A stretch of DNA of 64,000 nt from Limnothrix sp. BL-A-16 (lineage in GTDB: Bacteria; Cyanobacteriota; Cyanobacteriia; CACIAM-69d), in the NCBI GenBank assembly GCA_041937175.2, contig CP166615.1, positions 480,001 to 544,000 of the forward strand. The letters are read 5' to 3'. Under the pieces are notes generated by a model that was given only the letters and a program-made list of their open reading frames with translations, had not been told where the DNA came from and searched no databases. Numbering within the stretch: position 1 is the stretch's first letter; every line of letters begins with the position of its first letter. Both the position numbers and the translations under genes were made by a program. Positions 31,325 through 42,457 of the stretch are shown in pieces.

Positions 31325-32290
31325 TTAGGAATGGATTGACGACGAAGCCGATCGGGGACTGGATTTGGGTTGTTGCTGTTGGTTCAACTGCCCGCCCGAC
31401 TTGCGCAATTCGTAGAGCTTGACCCCAATTTGAAACTCATACTGACTCAACAACCGACCATACACATAACCGGGATAACCATCCAAAAATCCCAGCCGAA
31501 TAATATAAAACAGCACAAACCGAATGAAGGGTTTCATGGGCAACCGCACCCATAGCCGCTTCAGGGCCCGCTTCCGTTCCACAGCATTTCCAAACAGATT
31601 GCCCTTCAAAGTTCCGTCTTTGCCGCGCCCTTCTAATAGATTTAAATAAACTTGGGCTTCCCAATTGGAATAGCGATTGTGGCGCGCTAGCCATTGATAG
31701 ATATCCCGGAAGTCAATATGCAACATGTCTTCCTTGAGATAGCCCACTTGGCCATGGCTTGGGTTGATCAGAACATGCTCATGAACCTCGTTGTCTCCCG
31801 TATTGCGAATTTCTTCGGTTCCCAGGTTTTCGTAGCGACCCGATTGATGCTTAAACAAGCGCAGATTCCAATCGGGATATTTACCCCCATAGCGAATCCA
31901 TTTCCCTAGGAAAAAGACACGGCGGTTGAGATAGTAGCCTGCGAAACCGGGACGGGCGATCGCCTCAGCAATTTCATCCCACAGCTCCGGGGTAATTCGC
32001 TCATCACAATCCACAATCAAAACCCATTCATTCCGAAAGGGCAGATTTTCCAGCGACCAATTTTTCTTTTTGGGCCAACGGCCGTTGAACTGAAATTGCA
32101 CGACGGTTGCGCCGTAGCTTTCGCAAATTTCAACGCTGCGATCGTCGCTGTGGGAATCCACCACAAAAATTTCGTCGGCCCGAGCCACGCTTTCAAGACA
32201 GGCGGGCAGGTTGGCCTCTTCATTTTTGGCCGGAATGAGCACGGAAACGGGAACCGTGTTGCTGGTGATTTGTTGCGGATGAATGGTCAT
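31325..32290 (-). CDS. Family 2 glycosyltransferase
   Basis: VSVLIPAKNEE, VVDSHSDD, VDCDE, EVHEH. Start at ATG 32290. Confidence 0.92.
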   Translation of the reverse strand: MTIHPQQITSNTVPVSVLIPAKNEEANLPACLESVARADEIFVVDSHSDDRSVEICESYGATVVQFQFNGRWPKKKNWSLENLPFRNEWVLIVDCDERITPELWDEIAEAIARPGFAGYYLNRRVFFLGKWIRYGGKYPDWNLRLFKHQSGRYENLGTEEIRNTGDNEVHEHVLINPSHGQVGYLKEDMLHIDFRDIYQWLARHNRYSNWEAQVYLNLLEGRGKDGTLKGNLFGNAVERKRALKRLWVRLPMKPFIRFVLFYIIRLGFLDGYPGYVYGRLLSQYEFQIGVKLYELRKSGGQLNQQQQPKSSPRSASSSIHS

Positions 32291-32418
32291 GCTGAAGGGG
32301 GGTGAGACAACAGCGGATGGCAGAAACAGGGGCAATTTAGCGAAAAACGAAGCCGAATCGAGCGAATTCTAGGGGTAATTGGGAACGGGGACATCGACGA
32401 TGATCATGAGGGCCAAGC

Positions 32419-33501
32419 CTATAATGCCCGACGACCCATGAGGGCGCGGAGGATGGCCCACAGGTAGCCCAACTGACCATAGGCATAGACCAGGTTGTCA
32501 AAACGAATGGCAGGATCCCGCCAGTGGCAGAGGGCTTTCCAAAGGCCCCGCAGGAACCGATCGCCCGCCAAGCCAAACTGGCGCAAGCCCGCCCGTCCGG
32601 CCAGTTGCTCGCGATAGCACTCACTGATGCCTTGCCACCAGGCGCGATTTAAAAACCATCGGGGATTCAATCGCTCTGGGGCAACGTTGTGGGCGGCATG
32701 GGCGGCGGGAATGTAGCCCACCTGCCAGTTCAGTTCGATCGCCCGCTCGGTCATCATTAGTTCTTCGTTCGACAGCAATTTTTTCCCCACGCGCCCTAGG
32801 CTGGGGTCAAAACCGCCCACCCGATCGAGAAAAGACCGGCGAATTGCATAATTCAAGCCGCGCGGTGTTTGTCCCGGATTGTGAATGATGACCGGTTGCT
32901 CGCCCAAGTCATAGGCTCCCAAGGGTTCAGTCATGCCATCGGAAAGCCAGCGCGGGCGCGATCGCCCCGGGGGCCACAGCAGGGTAACGCGCCCCCCGGC
33001 AATGGCCAGGCGATCGTTCTGGGCAAATGCCTCGTAGAGCATCCGTAACCATTGGGGGCTGGCTTCTGCGTCGTCGTCCAAATAGGCGAGCAAGTGACTG
33101 CGGGCGGCTTTGGCTCCGGCATTGCGGGCCACAGACAAGCCTGTGATCGACTCATACACATAGCGCAAACGGGGGTGAATCAGGCGCGCTTCCACCACTT
33201 CTCGCGTGCGATCGGTGGAAGCATTGTCCACCACCACAATTTCGTAGGGGAGCGTTGCCCCGCAATCTTGGCTCAGGAGGCTATCGATCGCCCCGCCCAG
33301 ATATTCCGCTCGATTGTGGGTGCAAATGATCGCAGAAATTAGGGGTTCCCGCGCGTTGGTTTCTGGGCCTGGGAACTCCGAAGTTTGGGCGTTTGGAGTG
33401 GGGGAGTCTGGGGTTACTGAGTTTGGAGTTTGGCTGGCTGGAGTTGGGGTTTCTGAAGCTGGCGACTCAGTGGGGAGAGGTTCCGGGGATAAAGCGCCCA
33501 T
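32419..33501 (-). CDS. Family 2 glycosyltransferase with Pro/Thr-rich N-terminal extension
   Basis: ISAIICTHNR, VVDNASTD, GLSVARNAG, YLDDD, GGFD. Start inferred at ATG 33501. Confidence 0.9.
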   Translation of the reverse strand: MGALSPEPLPTESPASETPTPASQTPNSVTPDSPTPNAQTSEFPGPETNAREPLISAIICTHNRAEYLGGAIDSLLSQDCGATLPYEIVVVDNASTDRTREVVEARLIHPRLRYVYESITGLSVARNAGAKAARSHLLAYLDDDAEASPQWLRMLYEAFAQNDRLAIAGGRVTLLWPPGRSRPRWLSDGMTEPLGAYDLGEQPVIIHNPGQTPRGLNYAIRRSFLDRVGGFDPSLGRVGKKLLSNEELMMTERAIELNWQVGYIPAAHAAHNVAPERLNPRWFLNRAWWQGISECYREQLAGRAGLRQFGLAGDRFLRGLWKALCHWRDPAIRFDNLVYAYGQLGYLWAILRALMGRRAL

Positions 33502-33514
33502 AACACAACATTGG

Positions 33515-33660
33515 GGAATCGAAAGATTGGGGAAATCGAGGGCTTGAAGATCGAAAAATTGGGCGAATCCAGGGGGCAAAAATCGAGAGATTGGGCGATT
33601 GAAATTGGGCGATTGAGGGATTGCGAGATTGAAAATTGGGCGATCGAAAATTGCGAGACC
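33515..33660. repeat. Degenerate short tandem repeats (GAAAATT/GGGCGAT units, ~7-bp period)
   Basis: Recurring GAAAATTGGGCGAT / GAGATTGGGCGAT units between two glycosyltransferase genes. Confidence 0.6.
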
Positions 33661-33683
33661 GAGGGTTCGAGGATTCCCTGAAC

Positions 33684-34889
33684 CTAGGGTTTGCGAGGAC
33701 TGCGTTGTGGGCTGCGGTTCAGGAGCTGGTGCAGGCGATCGCGAAAGGCATCCACCCCAAACAGGCCAAGGGCCTCTTGCCGCAGCCATGCCCCATCACA
33801 ACGGCGATCGCCCCTGGTCGTCAAGGCAGCAATGGCGGCGCGGGCCACAGCTTCCGAATCCCGGTGGGGCACACGCCACCCTAATCGACCATCCTGCAAG
33901 GGGTCGGCGGAACCGTCGTCATCGCCGGAAATGACCGGCACGCCCGTGGCCATGGCTTCCAGGTAGGCAATGCCAAATCCCTCTTGGGAGGGCATGACGT
34001 AGAGGTCGGCGGCTCGATAGAAGTCCGGCAGGGCTTCCGTGGCCACAAACCCCGCAAACACAACCCGATCGCCCACTCCCATCTCACAGGCCAGGGCCTC
34101 CAAACGGGGGCGATCTTCGCCGCGACCAATCACCAGATATTTCACGTTGGGCACGGCTCGGGCAATCAGCGGCAGGGCCCGAATGGTCACATCCACTCCT
34201 TTATAGCGATCGCCCGGCCAGAGCCGCGCCACGGTCATCAGCACTTTGCAATCGGCCAAGCCATACTGCGCCAACAGTTCCGGCGGTTTGGGCCCTGGCC
34301 GAAACACCGTGCCATCCACCGGACAGGGCATCAGATCCACCCGATCGGGATTGAGCTGATTGGCCTGACTGGCGCGATCGCGGGAATAGCGACTAACAAT
34401 CCAAAGGGCATCGGCCCGCTGCAAGGCCCGGCGGGCTGGGGGCGAGAGGGGATCCCAAACTTCCTTGCCGTGGGTCAGTACCGTGTAGGGAATGCGTCGC
34501 ACCTGGCAAATCCAGGCGATCGCCTGAACGAGGTTGATATGGCCACAAAACACTTGGCGCGGTGGCGCAATCCACAGGCTCCAGGCCAGGCTGGCCAGCA
34601 TTTGCAACCGCCCGATCGCCCGGGACTTGGCCCCACCAAAACAGTTAAATTCCAAGCGCCCTTCCCCGATCGGGGGTTTAGCCATGGGGCGATCGCGCAG
34701 AATCCAGACCCGGCCGCGACGGTTCGGTTCCGCCACACAGGCGTAGGCTGTCAACAAATTTTGGTTATAGGTTTGGATGCCGCCCTCGTTGTCGAACACC
34801 TCAAGAAAAACGAATGCATCCCACTGACTGCCCCGCGCCGATCGAGACCGTGGCTTAGCCGAAATGGGTTTTGATGGAACGTGCTGCAT
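33684..34889 (-). CDS. Family 4 glycosyltransferase
   Basis: GGIQTYN, VARL...YKG, EGFGIAYLEAMATGVPVI. Confidence 0.92.
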   Translation of the reverse strand: MQHVPSKPISAKPRSRSARGSQWDAFVFLEVFDNEGGIQTYNQNLLTAYACVAEPNRRGRVWILRDRPMAKPPIGEGRLEFNCFGGAKSRAIGRLQMLASLAWSLWIAPPRQVFCGHINLVQAIAWICQVRRIPYTVLTHGKEVWDPLSPPARRALQRADALWIVSRYSRDRASQANQLNPDRVDLMPCPVDGTVFRPGPKPPELLAQYGLADCKVLMTVARLWPGDRYKGVDVTIRALPLIARAVPNVKYLVIGRGEDRPRLEALACEMGVGDRVVFAGFVATEALPDFYRAADLYVMPSQEGFGIAYLEAMATGVPVISGDDDGSADPLQDGRLGWRVPHRDSEAVARAAIAALTTRGDRRCDGAWLRQEALGLFGVDAFRDRLHQLLNRSPQRSPRKP

Positions 34890-35379
34890 GACGAATCAAC
34901 CACCCAGAATCCTACTCACGACTCGATCACTCAATTGCATCGCTAATTCAGAACGAAACAATGCATGGCCCCACAATGCACGCCTCACCTCATGGTGTGG
35001 CTTAAATCATGCATGACTGAGAATGCACGACTGAGAATGCACAGCTAAACGACGGAACTGGATGGGTAGCCCCGGTCACTGAACCTGTTAACGGTAGTCT
35101 GCATTTCCAATGTCTCCGATTCCGCTCGGGACTGCCACTGCTACTGGTGTTGTTTGTGGTTCTGTGGGCCTGTGCTAGGGAAACTGAATCGGGATTGCAC
35201 CTGAATGAATCTGCCGATCTCAACTGTCCCCTATCAATTTACCCAGGGTTTTTCAGTCGGAATCCGGTTAATTTGCATACCTATACGCAGGCCCGTAACC
35301 GAAGGCTGGGCGGTTGCCCGGTTCTGAGGTGATGCTTGAACGGGCCTGCTCAAGATGATTTACAAGACGACTTAAATAA

Positions 35380-37146
35380 TCAGAATCGAAATGTGGTGCG
35401 GATAGTTCCCACCACGATCGCCCCGCGATCGGCCTCATGTTCCGCTTGGGTGACCACAAAAACACCGGGTGTGATGGAAATTCGATCGCCCACCTTAAAC
35501 CGATAGAAGGTTTCCAGGTGCATTCCCTGGCCCGAATCATCTTCCACATCGCCCGTGCCTTTCACCAAGCGCAGGGGCTGACCCACCAAAAAGGCCCAAA
35601 GATCGCCCTCGCGGCCAAAGGGATCTGACCAGGCCAAGGACACCGCATAGGTGTTGGACAGGGCCGTGGCTTCCCGATCGATGTAATTGGTCCAAACCCA
35701 GCCTCCCCAGGCCGCCAGGGTGAGGGCTTCCGATAACCGCCATTGCAATGTGCCGCTGAGACCGTGGATTTGGGCCGGGGAATCGAGCTTGCCGGAAAGA
35801 TCGGCGTTGAGGCTGCCGGTGAAGGTGTTGAGATAGCCCCGATCGTCATAGGCGTTGATGTAGGCGATGCCCGTCAGCAAAGTGGCCGCCGGTTTGGTCA
35901 GCAGTTGCACCCCCCAAGCGCTGCGATCGCTCCCAAAGATGCCCTGATCCGATCGGGCGCTGTTGCCCGTGCCATAGGCAAATTGCAGCCGCCCCCGCTC
36001 CCACAGCAGCCAATCTGCGCCCACACCCCCATCCAGGGCCGCCAGCTTAAACAGGGGGCTGCCTTCGGCGAACCGAGAAATGGCCCCGCGGCCGGTGTCA
36101 AAAAAGGGCGAGTTGGCCGTGAGGACGCTGCTGAGGTCAAAGCCGACGGGCCGCAGGGTCAAAACCACCCGATCGCCCCAGGCCGCAAATCGATAATCCA
36201 ACAGGTCTAACTGAATGTTGTTATCCAAATCCGTTTGGAACGAGAGGCGGGCCATGTCCGTGCCCAAAGATTGGCGACTGGCATAGCCGTTGTTGCCTAG
36301 GTTGCCCGTGGCCAGTTGCAACCGCAGCCGATCCTTCCCCGTGAAGGAGGTGACGAATTGCAAGCGGGTCAAGTGGGCAAAGGTGGCGGGATTTTCGTTA
36401 TCACCGGGCGGATTGTCACCCGCGGCCGCCGACAAACCGAAAATCGTTTCGCCCCCCATCAATAGGGTGGGGCTAAAGCGCTGACTTTCCAAGCGGGCGG
36501 TGGTGGCTTCCAGGCGGTTGACTCGTCCCGTGAGCTGTTCCAGTTCCGATCGAAATTCCGTTTGTAGGCGGCTCAGGGCGGCCAGGTCGTCCCGTTGAAC
36601 TGCGGCATCGGTGGCGCGATCGAGCTGCGTTTGGATCGCCTCCAGGCAAGCGGCTAAACCGGCGGCAAACTCAAACCGGCCCAGGGGCCGATCGCCCCGA
36701 AACAGTCCGTCGGGATAGCCCGCCAAACAGCCATAGCGCTCCACCAGGGATTGCAGAGCCTGGAATGCCCAATCGGTGGGCTGCACATCGCTGAGGGCAG
36801 AAACGGAGGTGACCTGGGCTTGGGCGGGGATCGCGGTTTCGGGGTCGATCGGGTCAGTCCCCGCAGGTTCGACCATTTCCAAGGTTTGGGCCACAACTCC
36901 GCTGGTTCCCGCCAGCAGCCCCACCAGCGCTCCCAATAGGGATCCCAAGACCGATCGCACCATGGCCCTTGATCGGAACCCACCGGCCCACCGGCTCCCG
37001 TCCACCCGCCGAGATCGCCCTGAAGCAATGATGGCCCCGATCGGGGGTTGATGCATGGGTTGATGCATTTTGGGCTGCGGAATGGCCGTTGCCGCTTTGG
37101 TTTCTGAATCGGTTTCTGAATCGGTTTCTAATGCTGCTGCCGTCAT
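35380..37146 (-). CDS. Cyanobacterial outer-membrane porin (SLH + OprB-like barrel)
   Basis: DVQPTDWAFQALQSLVERYGC...RFEFAAGL SLH motif, coiled coil, C-terminal RTTFRF. Start uncertain. Confidence 0.92.
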   Translation of the reverse strand: MTAAALETDSETDSETKAATAIPQPKMHQPMHQPPIGAIIASGRSRRVDGSRWAGGFRSRAMVRSVLGSLLGALVGLLAGTSGVVAQTLEMVEPAGTDPIDPETAIPAQAQVTSVSALSDVQPTDWAFQALQSLVERYGCLAGYPDGLFRGDRPLGRFEFAAGLAACLEAIQTQLDRATDAAVQRDDLAALSRLQTEFRSELEQLTGRVNRLEATTARLESQRFSPTLLMGGETIFGLSAAAGDNPPGDNENPATFAHLTRLQFVTSFTGKDRLRLQLATGNLGNNGYASRQSLGTDMARLSFQTDLDNNIQLDLLDYRFAAWGDRVVLTLRPVGFDLSSVLTANSPFFDTGRGAISRFAEGSPLFKLAALDGGVGADWLLWERGRLQFAYGTGNSARSDQGIFGSDRSAWGVQLLTKPAATLLTGIAYINAYDDRGYLNTFTGSLNADLSGKLDSPAQIHGLSGTLQWRLSEALTLAAWGGWVWTNYIDREATALSNTYAVSLAWSDPFGREGDLWAFLVGQPLRLVKGTGDVEDDSGQGMHLETFYRFKVGDRISITPGVFVVTQAEHEADRGAIVVGTIRTTFRF

Positions 37147-37294
37147 CCTGCCCAGACTCCCTTTGCACACCACAGGCAGATCGCCCTTGCTTCAATCCCT
37201 AACCAACCGCAGGGGCTTGCACTTGGGTTATGGATTTCGGATCGAAACTATCACATGCCCATTCCCTCAGGACGATTTCGCGCGGAAGTTGCGC

Positions 37295-38392
37295 CTAGAA
37301 AGGCCGATCGCAAGGATCACCCAACAACACGCTGCCACACCCCCCCGAAGGTTGATCGCGCAGGAGCGATCGCACGTCAAAGGTAAACGCCGCGTAGATA
37401 TCCTCCACCGTGTCTGCCTTGGGCTTTTGGGCCAAACCGCGTGCAATTAACTGCTCATCCACAGGCGGATCCTCATAGGCCAATAGGATGCGGGCCGCCT
37501 CCGCCGCACTCAAAAAATGCACCGTTTGCATTCCACAGCTTGCATCGGTGTTTCCTTCCAAGGCCTGACCGAGCGATCGCCCCAAATCATTCCCCGAAGC
37601 ATCAACCCCCAGCAAACCTTGGTTGCAACCATTGGAGTCACCCCGACCGCGGCCGTGAATGCCCACCAACTCCCCATCCCCATTCAGCACCGGGCCGCCG
37701 CTCATCCCCCGCCGAGTCAGATTGTCGTAGAGCACGCTGTAGCCCCCATCGCTTAAGGGATTGGGGGAAATGGCCACCAAAGCCCCTGAACTGGAAATCC
37801 GTTCACGGCGGGCGCTGTCGTCCTCGGGATTGGGCCAGCCAGACACCACCACCCGATCGCCCCGCCCCATCCGCCGGGAATTGCCCATCACTGCCACGGG
37901 ATAATCCAGATTGCTGGTGAAACGCACCAGGGCCAAATCCATTCCCGTGATCGCGGAACCCATTTCATCCTGTTCATTGCCCAGGGGAATGATATTGCTC
38001 GGATCGCTTTCGTCATCAATGAAATGCACCTCACCATCGCTGGTGCGTACCCCATAGACCGTGCCCCGCGTCCGCACCACATGCAGCGCCGTTAGGGCGT
38101 AGTAGGTTTGCCCCTCCCGAGCCACCAGCACCCCAGACCCCGGATTCCATTCCTGGCGCTGTTCAATGTCGCCCTTTTGCAGCCCCTGGGCAATTACCAC
38201 CGTGACTTGCGAGGCGATCGCATCCACCTGATCCAGCGTCAGCGCCTGCACTGCCCAAGCGGGGATCGTCGCCACAATCATCGCCGCCCCTACCCACAGC
38301 CACCAGTGCACACAGCGATGGTGAAACCATCGCCGCCCTTGGGTCAGCGTGACAAACAGTGATGTGATAAAGCAGCCCATAATTCGGCTCAA
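37295..38392 (-). CDS. Secreted trypsin-like serine protease
   Basis: GSGV, catalytic triad TALHVV / DLALV / GMSGGP, LVGIHG; signal peptide. Confidence 0.88.
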   Translation of the reverse strand: MSRIMGCFITSLFVTLTQGRRWFHHRCVHWWLWVGAAMIVATIPAWAVQALTLDQVDAIASQVTVVIAQGLQKGDIEQRQEWNPGSGVLVAREGQTYYALTALHVVRTRGTVYGVRTSDGEVHFIDDESDPSNIIPLGNEQDEMGSAITGMDLALVRFTSNLDYPVAVMGNSRRMGRGDRVVVSGWPNPEDDSARRERISSSGALVAISPNPLSDGGYSVLYDNLTRRGMSGGPVLNGDGELVGIHGRGRGDSNGCNQGLLGVDASGNDLGRSLGQALEGNTDASCGMQTVHFLSAAEAARILLAYEDPPVDEQLIARGLAQKPKADTVEDIYAAFTFDVRSLLRDQPSGGCGSVLLGDPCDRPF

Positions 38393-38478
38393 TCATCTAG
38401 AGCCTCTTTCCCCCCTAGGCTACAGGAGTCAGGAGTCTGGCAAAAAGTTTCGGGTTGCTGAATTTATTCCTGAATTGC

Positions 38479-39993
38479 TTAGTCCGTGGACTTTTCCTGA
38501 ACCCCGCGCATAATCCGCGACAGTTCCGTTTTTTCGTCCACGCTGACCCGCGAAGGGGAGCCGCTGATAATTTTTTCGTAGTTGCGGAACGAGTCGCGAA
38601 TTTCCGGGCCATTGCGACTAATGGTGTATTCGCGAATGCCCTTATCGTGTTCCGAGCCTCGCATTTTGAACACGTTAATGGCTCGGCACATTTCCCCACG
38701 AATTTCCACATACTGCAACATCAAAATGGTGTCGGTGATGGTGGAAATATGGGAATCGGTGATGGCATGGGATCCCATGAACTGGTCGGTGGTGTTTGTG
38801 AAGAAACCGGTAATTTCTTCTTGCTTGGCAAACCCCGTCACCCCAATCACGAATTGGCGGAAAGCGTTGTTGCTGACCCCTCGTGCCAGGGCCGAAAGGG
38901 AGTCGATCGCGATGCGGGAGGGTTTAAACTCAGCAATCTCAGACTTGATGATCTGCAAGTGATCTTCCAAGCCCGCTGACTCCGGATAGGCGCAGAGAAT
39001 TTTGAGCAATCCACGGCTTTCCAAATCCTCAAAGTCAATGCCCCAGGAATAGGCATTTCGAGAGAGTTGGGCCCGCGATTCTTCGTAGGCAAAGAGGATG
39101 GCGCGTTCGCCATTTTGGCAAGCGTCTTCAATGAATTTACTGACCAACAGGGTTTTGCCCGTACCGGTTGCGCCCGTGGCCAAAATAATCGAATCCTTGA
39201 AGAAGCCGCCGCCACACATGGAGTCGAGGGTGAGCACCCCGGACGATACCCGAGCATTGGACGATCGCTGAGTGAGGCGCATGGCTCCCAGCGGGAAAAT
39301 GCTGATTCCTTGGTTGGTGATGGTGAAGGGATATTCTCCCTTCATGTGGGTTGTGCCCCGCAGCTTCAGGATTTCGATCGTCCGGCGACGGCGTTCACCC
39401 TCCAGCACGTTACGGACGATCGCCACGTTATCCGACACAAATTCCTCAACCCCAAACCGAGCCACGGGGCCATATTCCCGTTCCCGCTCCGTGGTCATGA
39501 TGGTGGTCACGCCCACTTGCTTCAGGCGGGCCACCAATCGGAAGATCTCCCGACGCACCACCGAAGCCGCGTCATATTGCTGAAAAACAGCGGTGATTGA
39601 GTCGATCGAAACTCGCTTGGCCTTGTATTTCCGAATGGCGTATTGAATGCGTTCAATCAGGGCCGATAGGTCAAAATTGCCAACAATGTCTTGCCCTTCC
39701 GGATCCGGGGAAGCATCCAAAATGAACAGCTTTCCTGAATCTACCAACTGTTGCAAATTCCAACCGAAGCTGCCCGCGTTCTTAATAATATCGGCCGGCG
39801 ATTCCTCAAAGGTAACAAAGATGCCTGGCTCGTCAAAATAAACAATTCCGTTATAGAGAAACTGGATCGCAATTAGCGTTTTCCCAGTACCAGATGTTCC
39901 GCTTACGAGTGTTGCTCGGCCGACAGGTAGCCCGCCATGGCTAATGTCGTCAAAGCCCTCAATCATCGTCCGAATTTTTTGAACACCGGTCAT
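38479..39993 (-). CDS. kaiC: Circadian clock protein KaiC
   Basis: Two RecA-like domains (GTSGTGKT, GATGTGKT) and the SHISTITD phosphosite motif. Confidence 0.98.
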   Translation of the reverse strand: MTGVQKIRTMIEGFDDISHGGLPVGRATLVSGTSGTGKTLIAIQFLYNGIVYFDEPGIFVTFEESPADIIKNAGSFGWNLQQLVDSGKLFILDASPDPEGQDIVGNFDLSALIERIQYAIRKYKAKRVSIDSITAVFQQYDAASVVRREIFRLVARLKQVGVTTIMTTEREREYGPVARFGVEEFVSDNVAIVRNVLEGERRRRTIEILKLRGTTHMKGEYPFTITNQGISIFPLGAMRLTQRSSNARVSSGVLTLDSMCGGGFFKDSIILATGATGTGKTLLVSKFIEDACQNGERAILFAYEESRAQLSRNAYSWGIDFEDLESRGLLKILCAYPESAGLEDHLQIIKSEIAEFKPSRIAIDSLSALARGVSNNAFRQFVIGVTGFAKQEEITGFFTNTTDQFMGSHAITDSHISTITDTILMLQYVEIRGEMCRAINVFKMRGSEHDKGIREYTISRNGPEIRDSFRNYEKIISGSPSRVSVDEKTELSRIMRGVQEKSTD

Positions 39994-40419
39994 AGTGATA
40001 TCTGTTTATATCTGTTTCCTAAGGAATCAACGCTATCGGAGTAGCCCGTCATCCAACCATCGAATGTCAGGGAAATGCCAGGGACTGGAAATGGTGTCTG
40101 GGAGTTGGGGCCTTTAACCCGATCGGGCATGGCCCCTGGGGGTTAACTGTGGCCAAGGGGCAGATCCAGATTGCCAAATGGAGAGGCTCAATTGCCGAGC
40201 ACCATACCGAGCACAAGGCTAAACACAACAGGGATCGAACCTGATTGGGGCTGGATGGGGCAGTCGATCGGGGTACGGGGCCCGCGATCGCGGCACACCG
40301 ACGCAACCAATGCACCGGAACGAACCCACCCGCCGGGCATTTGGGGGCTGGTTTTGCCGTTCCCGATCGCCTCGGAGCCTAAACAGCATCTCACGATCCA
40401 TCGCAAAACCCTACTGATT

Positions 40420-40734
40420 CTAGTATTCAGCCTCATCATCCGCCAATTCTTCGTAGAGCAGATCGAGGCCAATCAACACCCGCTCGCGATCGGACAAATC
40501 GCCAATAATTTTCCGCACTGGTGGAGGCAGAATTTTTGCGAGGGTTGGGGTGGCTAAAATCTTATCCTCCTCAGCAAGTTGGGGATTTTTTAGCACATCA
40601 ATGACCTTCAGCGCATAAACCCCTTGAAACTCATCTTCCAAAATATTCTTCAGAGTTTTCAGGGCGCGGACGGAATGGGGAGTATTCCCTGCTACGTATA
40701 ACTTGAGAACGTAGGTTTTTTTGAGGGGACTCAT
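40420..40734 (-). CDS. kaiB: Circadian clock protein KaiB
   Basis: [33 protein letters not shown]. Confidence 0.98.
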   Translation of the reverse strand: MSPLKKTYVLKLYVAGNTPHSVRALKTLKNILEDEFQGVYALKVIDVLKNPQLAEEDKILATPTLAKILPPPVRKIIGDLSDRERVLIGLDLLYEELADDEAEY

Positions 40735-41605
40735 AAGCAATACAACGAGTTGAGTTTAGGAAGTTCTGTCCACGGGAATTTGGGTAAATACAAGACCCGT
40801 TGAGAATGCAAGGTCACCGGAGTCCCTAAAACCGGAATCAGATCCATGCCAATCACAGGACTCTCCCCAAGGGCTGGGGAAAACTTACTCCCAATCTGTT
40901 ATCGAGCAGACCAAGCTCCAGTCATCATCCTCAAAATTCAATCCATCAATGGCAGCTTGATGGCAGCTTGGTTGAAATATGCCGAAATCTTCTGTTGACA
41001 GCTTGTACTGACTTGTCAAATTGACTCTTGAACCGGATAGGGTCACCTGCACTCAGAACGAGAGAAGGAACTTGGAAATGGCTTGATGCCGACTGCGACG
41101 ACAACGATTGACAGGGAGAAACAAGAAAAATCAAAGCGTTAATCCTAGAGCTTCTGGCGCGGCCTGCGGCTAACCTGTAAATGAACAATACGCCAAAGAG
41201 CATGGAATTTGATTTTATTTAATATAATAACCCGATTGTCAGATGGTAATCAGAAAAGATTCTTAAGTTTCCTGGTTTAAATCAATTCATCTATGAAACT
41301 TTCATTCTTAACGAGAATCAATGATGATTTGACTGAAAAATGACGTAAAAGTAATTTCTGAATGTGATCTAATACCAATTTCTTGAATTGACGATACTCA
41401 CGATTCTTGCCTGGTAGGAATTTCAGCGCAAGATTTGTAGCGTTGATAATCAAGATTGGTATAAAAGAAACTATTTAAAGATGAATTGCAAGAATGATTG
41501 CAATGGGCCAGTCGCACTTTCGCACTTGGAACGAAATTATTCCATGCGCAGATCCGATCTATTAATTTACAAGCACTGTGTTGTTAGACAATGAATTAGG
41601 GCACA

Positions 41606-42457
41606 TCACTCGCGAGGGATGGAGCGTCGATACATCTCGCACAGGTGGGCAATGATATCAATGAGTGTGAGTCGATAGTCTAGGAGAATTTCTTCGCTGC
41701 GTCCTTCCAGCTTGAGTTGAGTGGCAAGAGCATCCATCAACTCCATGTGAATTTCTACGATTTGAGAAACAGACATATCCGCAAAGAAAGCCTGCTCCAC
41801 AAAGCGATCGACTCGCATGTTGACGGTGCCATCTCCTGAAAAGTAGGCCAGGACAATTTCGCGATATTCGCTTCTCAATTCCTGTAGGAGGGCGTGCCTG
41901 TCTTCGGCGGGCAGGTTTCTGAGAAACAGTTTGGGTTCGCGCTTGTAATACACACCTAAATATCCTAAGCGCTCTTTGAGTTTGTCTGTCAGTCGTTTCT
42001 GTTGCTCAAGCAGGTTCACTGCATTGGTGGGAACGGCAGAGGCAGGGGCAACATTTGCCTGACCAAGGTTCGAGCCGATTGGTGTTAGGTATAGAAAATT
42101 GTTGATGGCGCGATCGATCGATCGGCGAAAAATTTCGAGGTCTTGCTCGGAGGCGATCACTTCAGCCGCATGATAAATCCAGGGTTTTTTGGGTAAATTC
42201 TGCGATCGGGAACACCAAATAACCGCTGGAAGAACGATGTTGGCGGCAGCAAGCTGCTCAATGGTTTGCTCAAGCAGTGGATCCTCTTGAATAATGAGAC
42301 AATCAATTTCCTGTTGGTTTTGCTGAATGGCAGTCAGGAATGATTCTAAAGTTTCATGGTATTGGGTTTGATAGCGAGCAGTATCAAGGATTTTGCATAG
42401 GACTTCGGTGCTCTCTGATGAGTTTGTGAGCGCAGTAATTTCTAAGTAATATCGCAC
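41606..42457 (-). CDS. kaiA: Circadian clock protein KaiA (full length, with pseudo-receiver)
   Basis: KLKERLGYLGVYYKR, EIHMELMD, LLDYRLTLIDIIAHLCEMYRRSIPRE. Confidence 0.97.
   Translation of the reverse strand: MRYYLEITALTNSSESTEVLCKILDTARYQTQYHETLESFLTAIQQNQQEIDCLIIQEDPLLEQTIEQLAAANIVLPAVIWCSRSQNLPKKPWIYHAAEVIASEQDLEIFRRSIDRAINNFLYLTPIGSNLGQANVAPASAVPTNAVNLLEQQKRLTDKLKERLGYLGVYYKREPKLFLRNLPAEDRHALLQELRSEYREIVLAYFSGDGTVNMRVDRFVEQAFFADMSVSQIVEIHMELMDALATQLKLEGRSEEILLDYRLTLIDIIAHLCEMYRRSIPRE

Noticed and set aside
33502..33789. N-terminal extension of the GT2 ORF
   Set aside because: It is the translation of intergenic repeats and overlaps the GT4 gene.
40946..41203. 85-aa ORF between kaiA and kaiB
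   Set aside because: No motifs, Ser-rich, no clear RBS; probably spurious.
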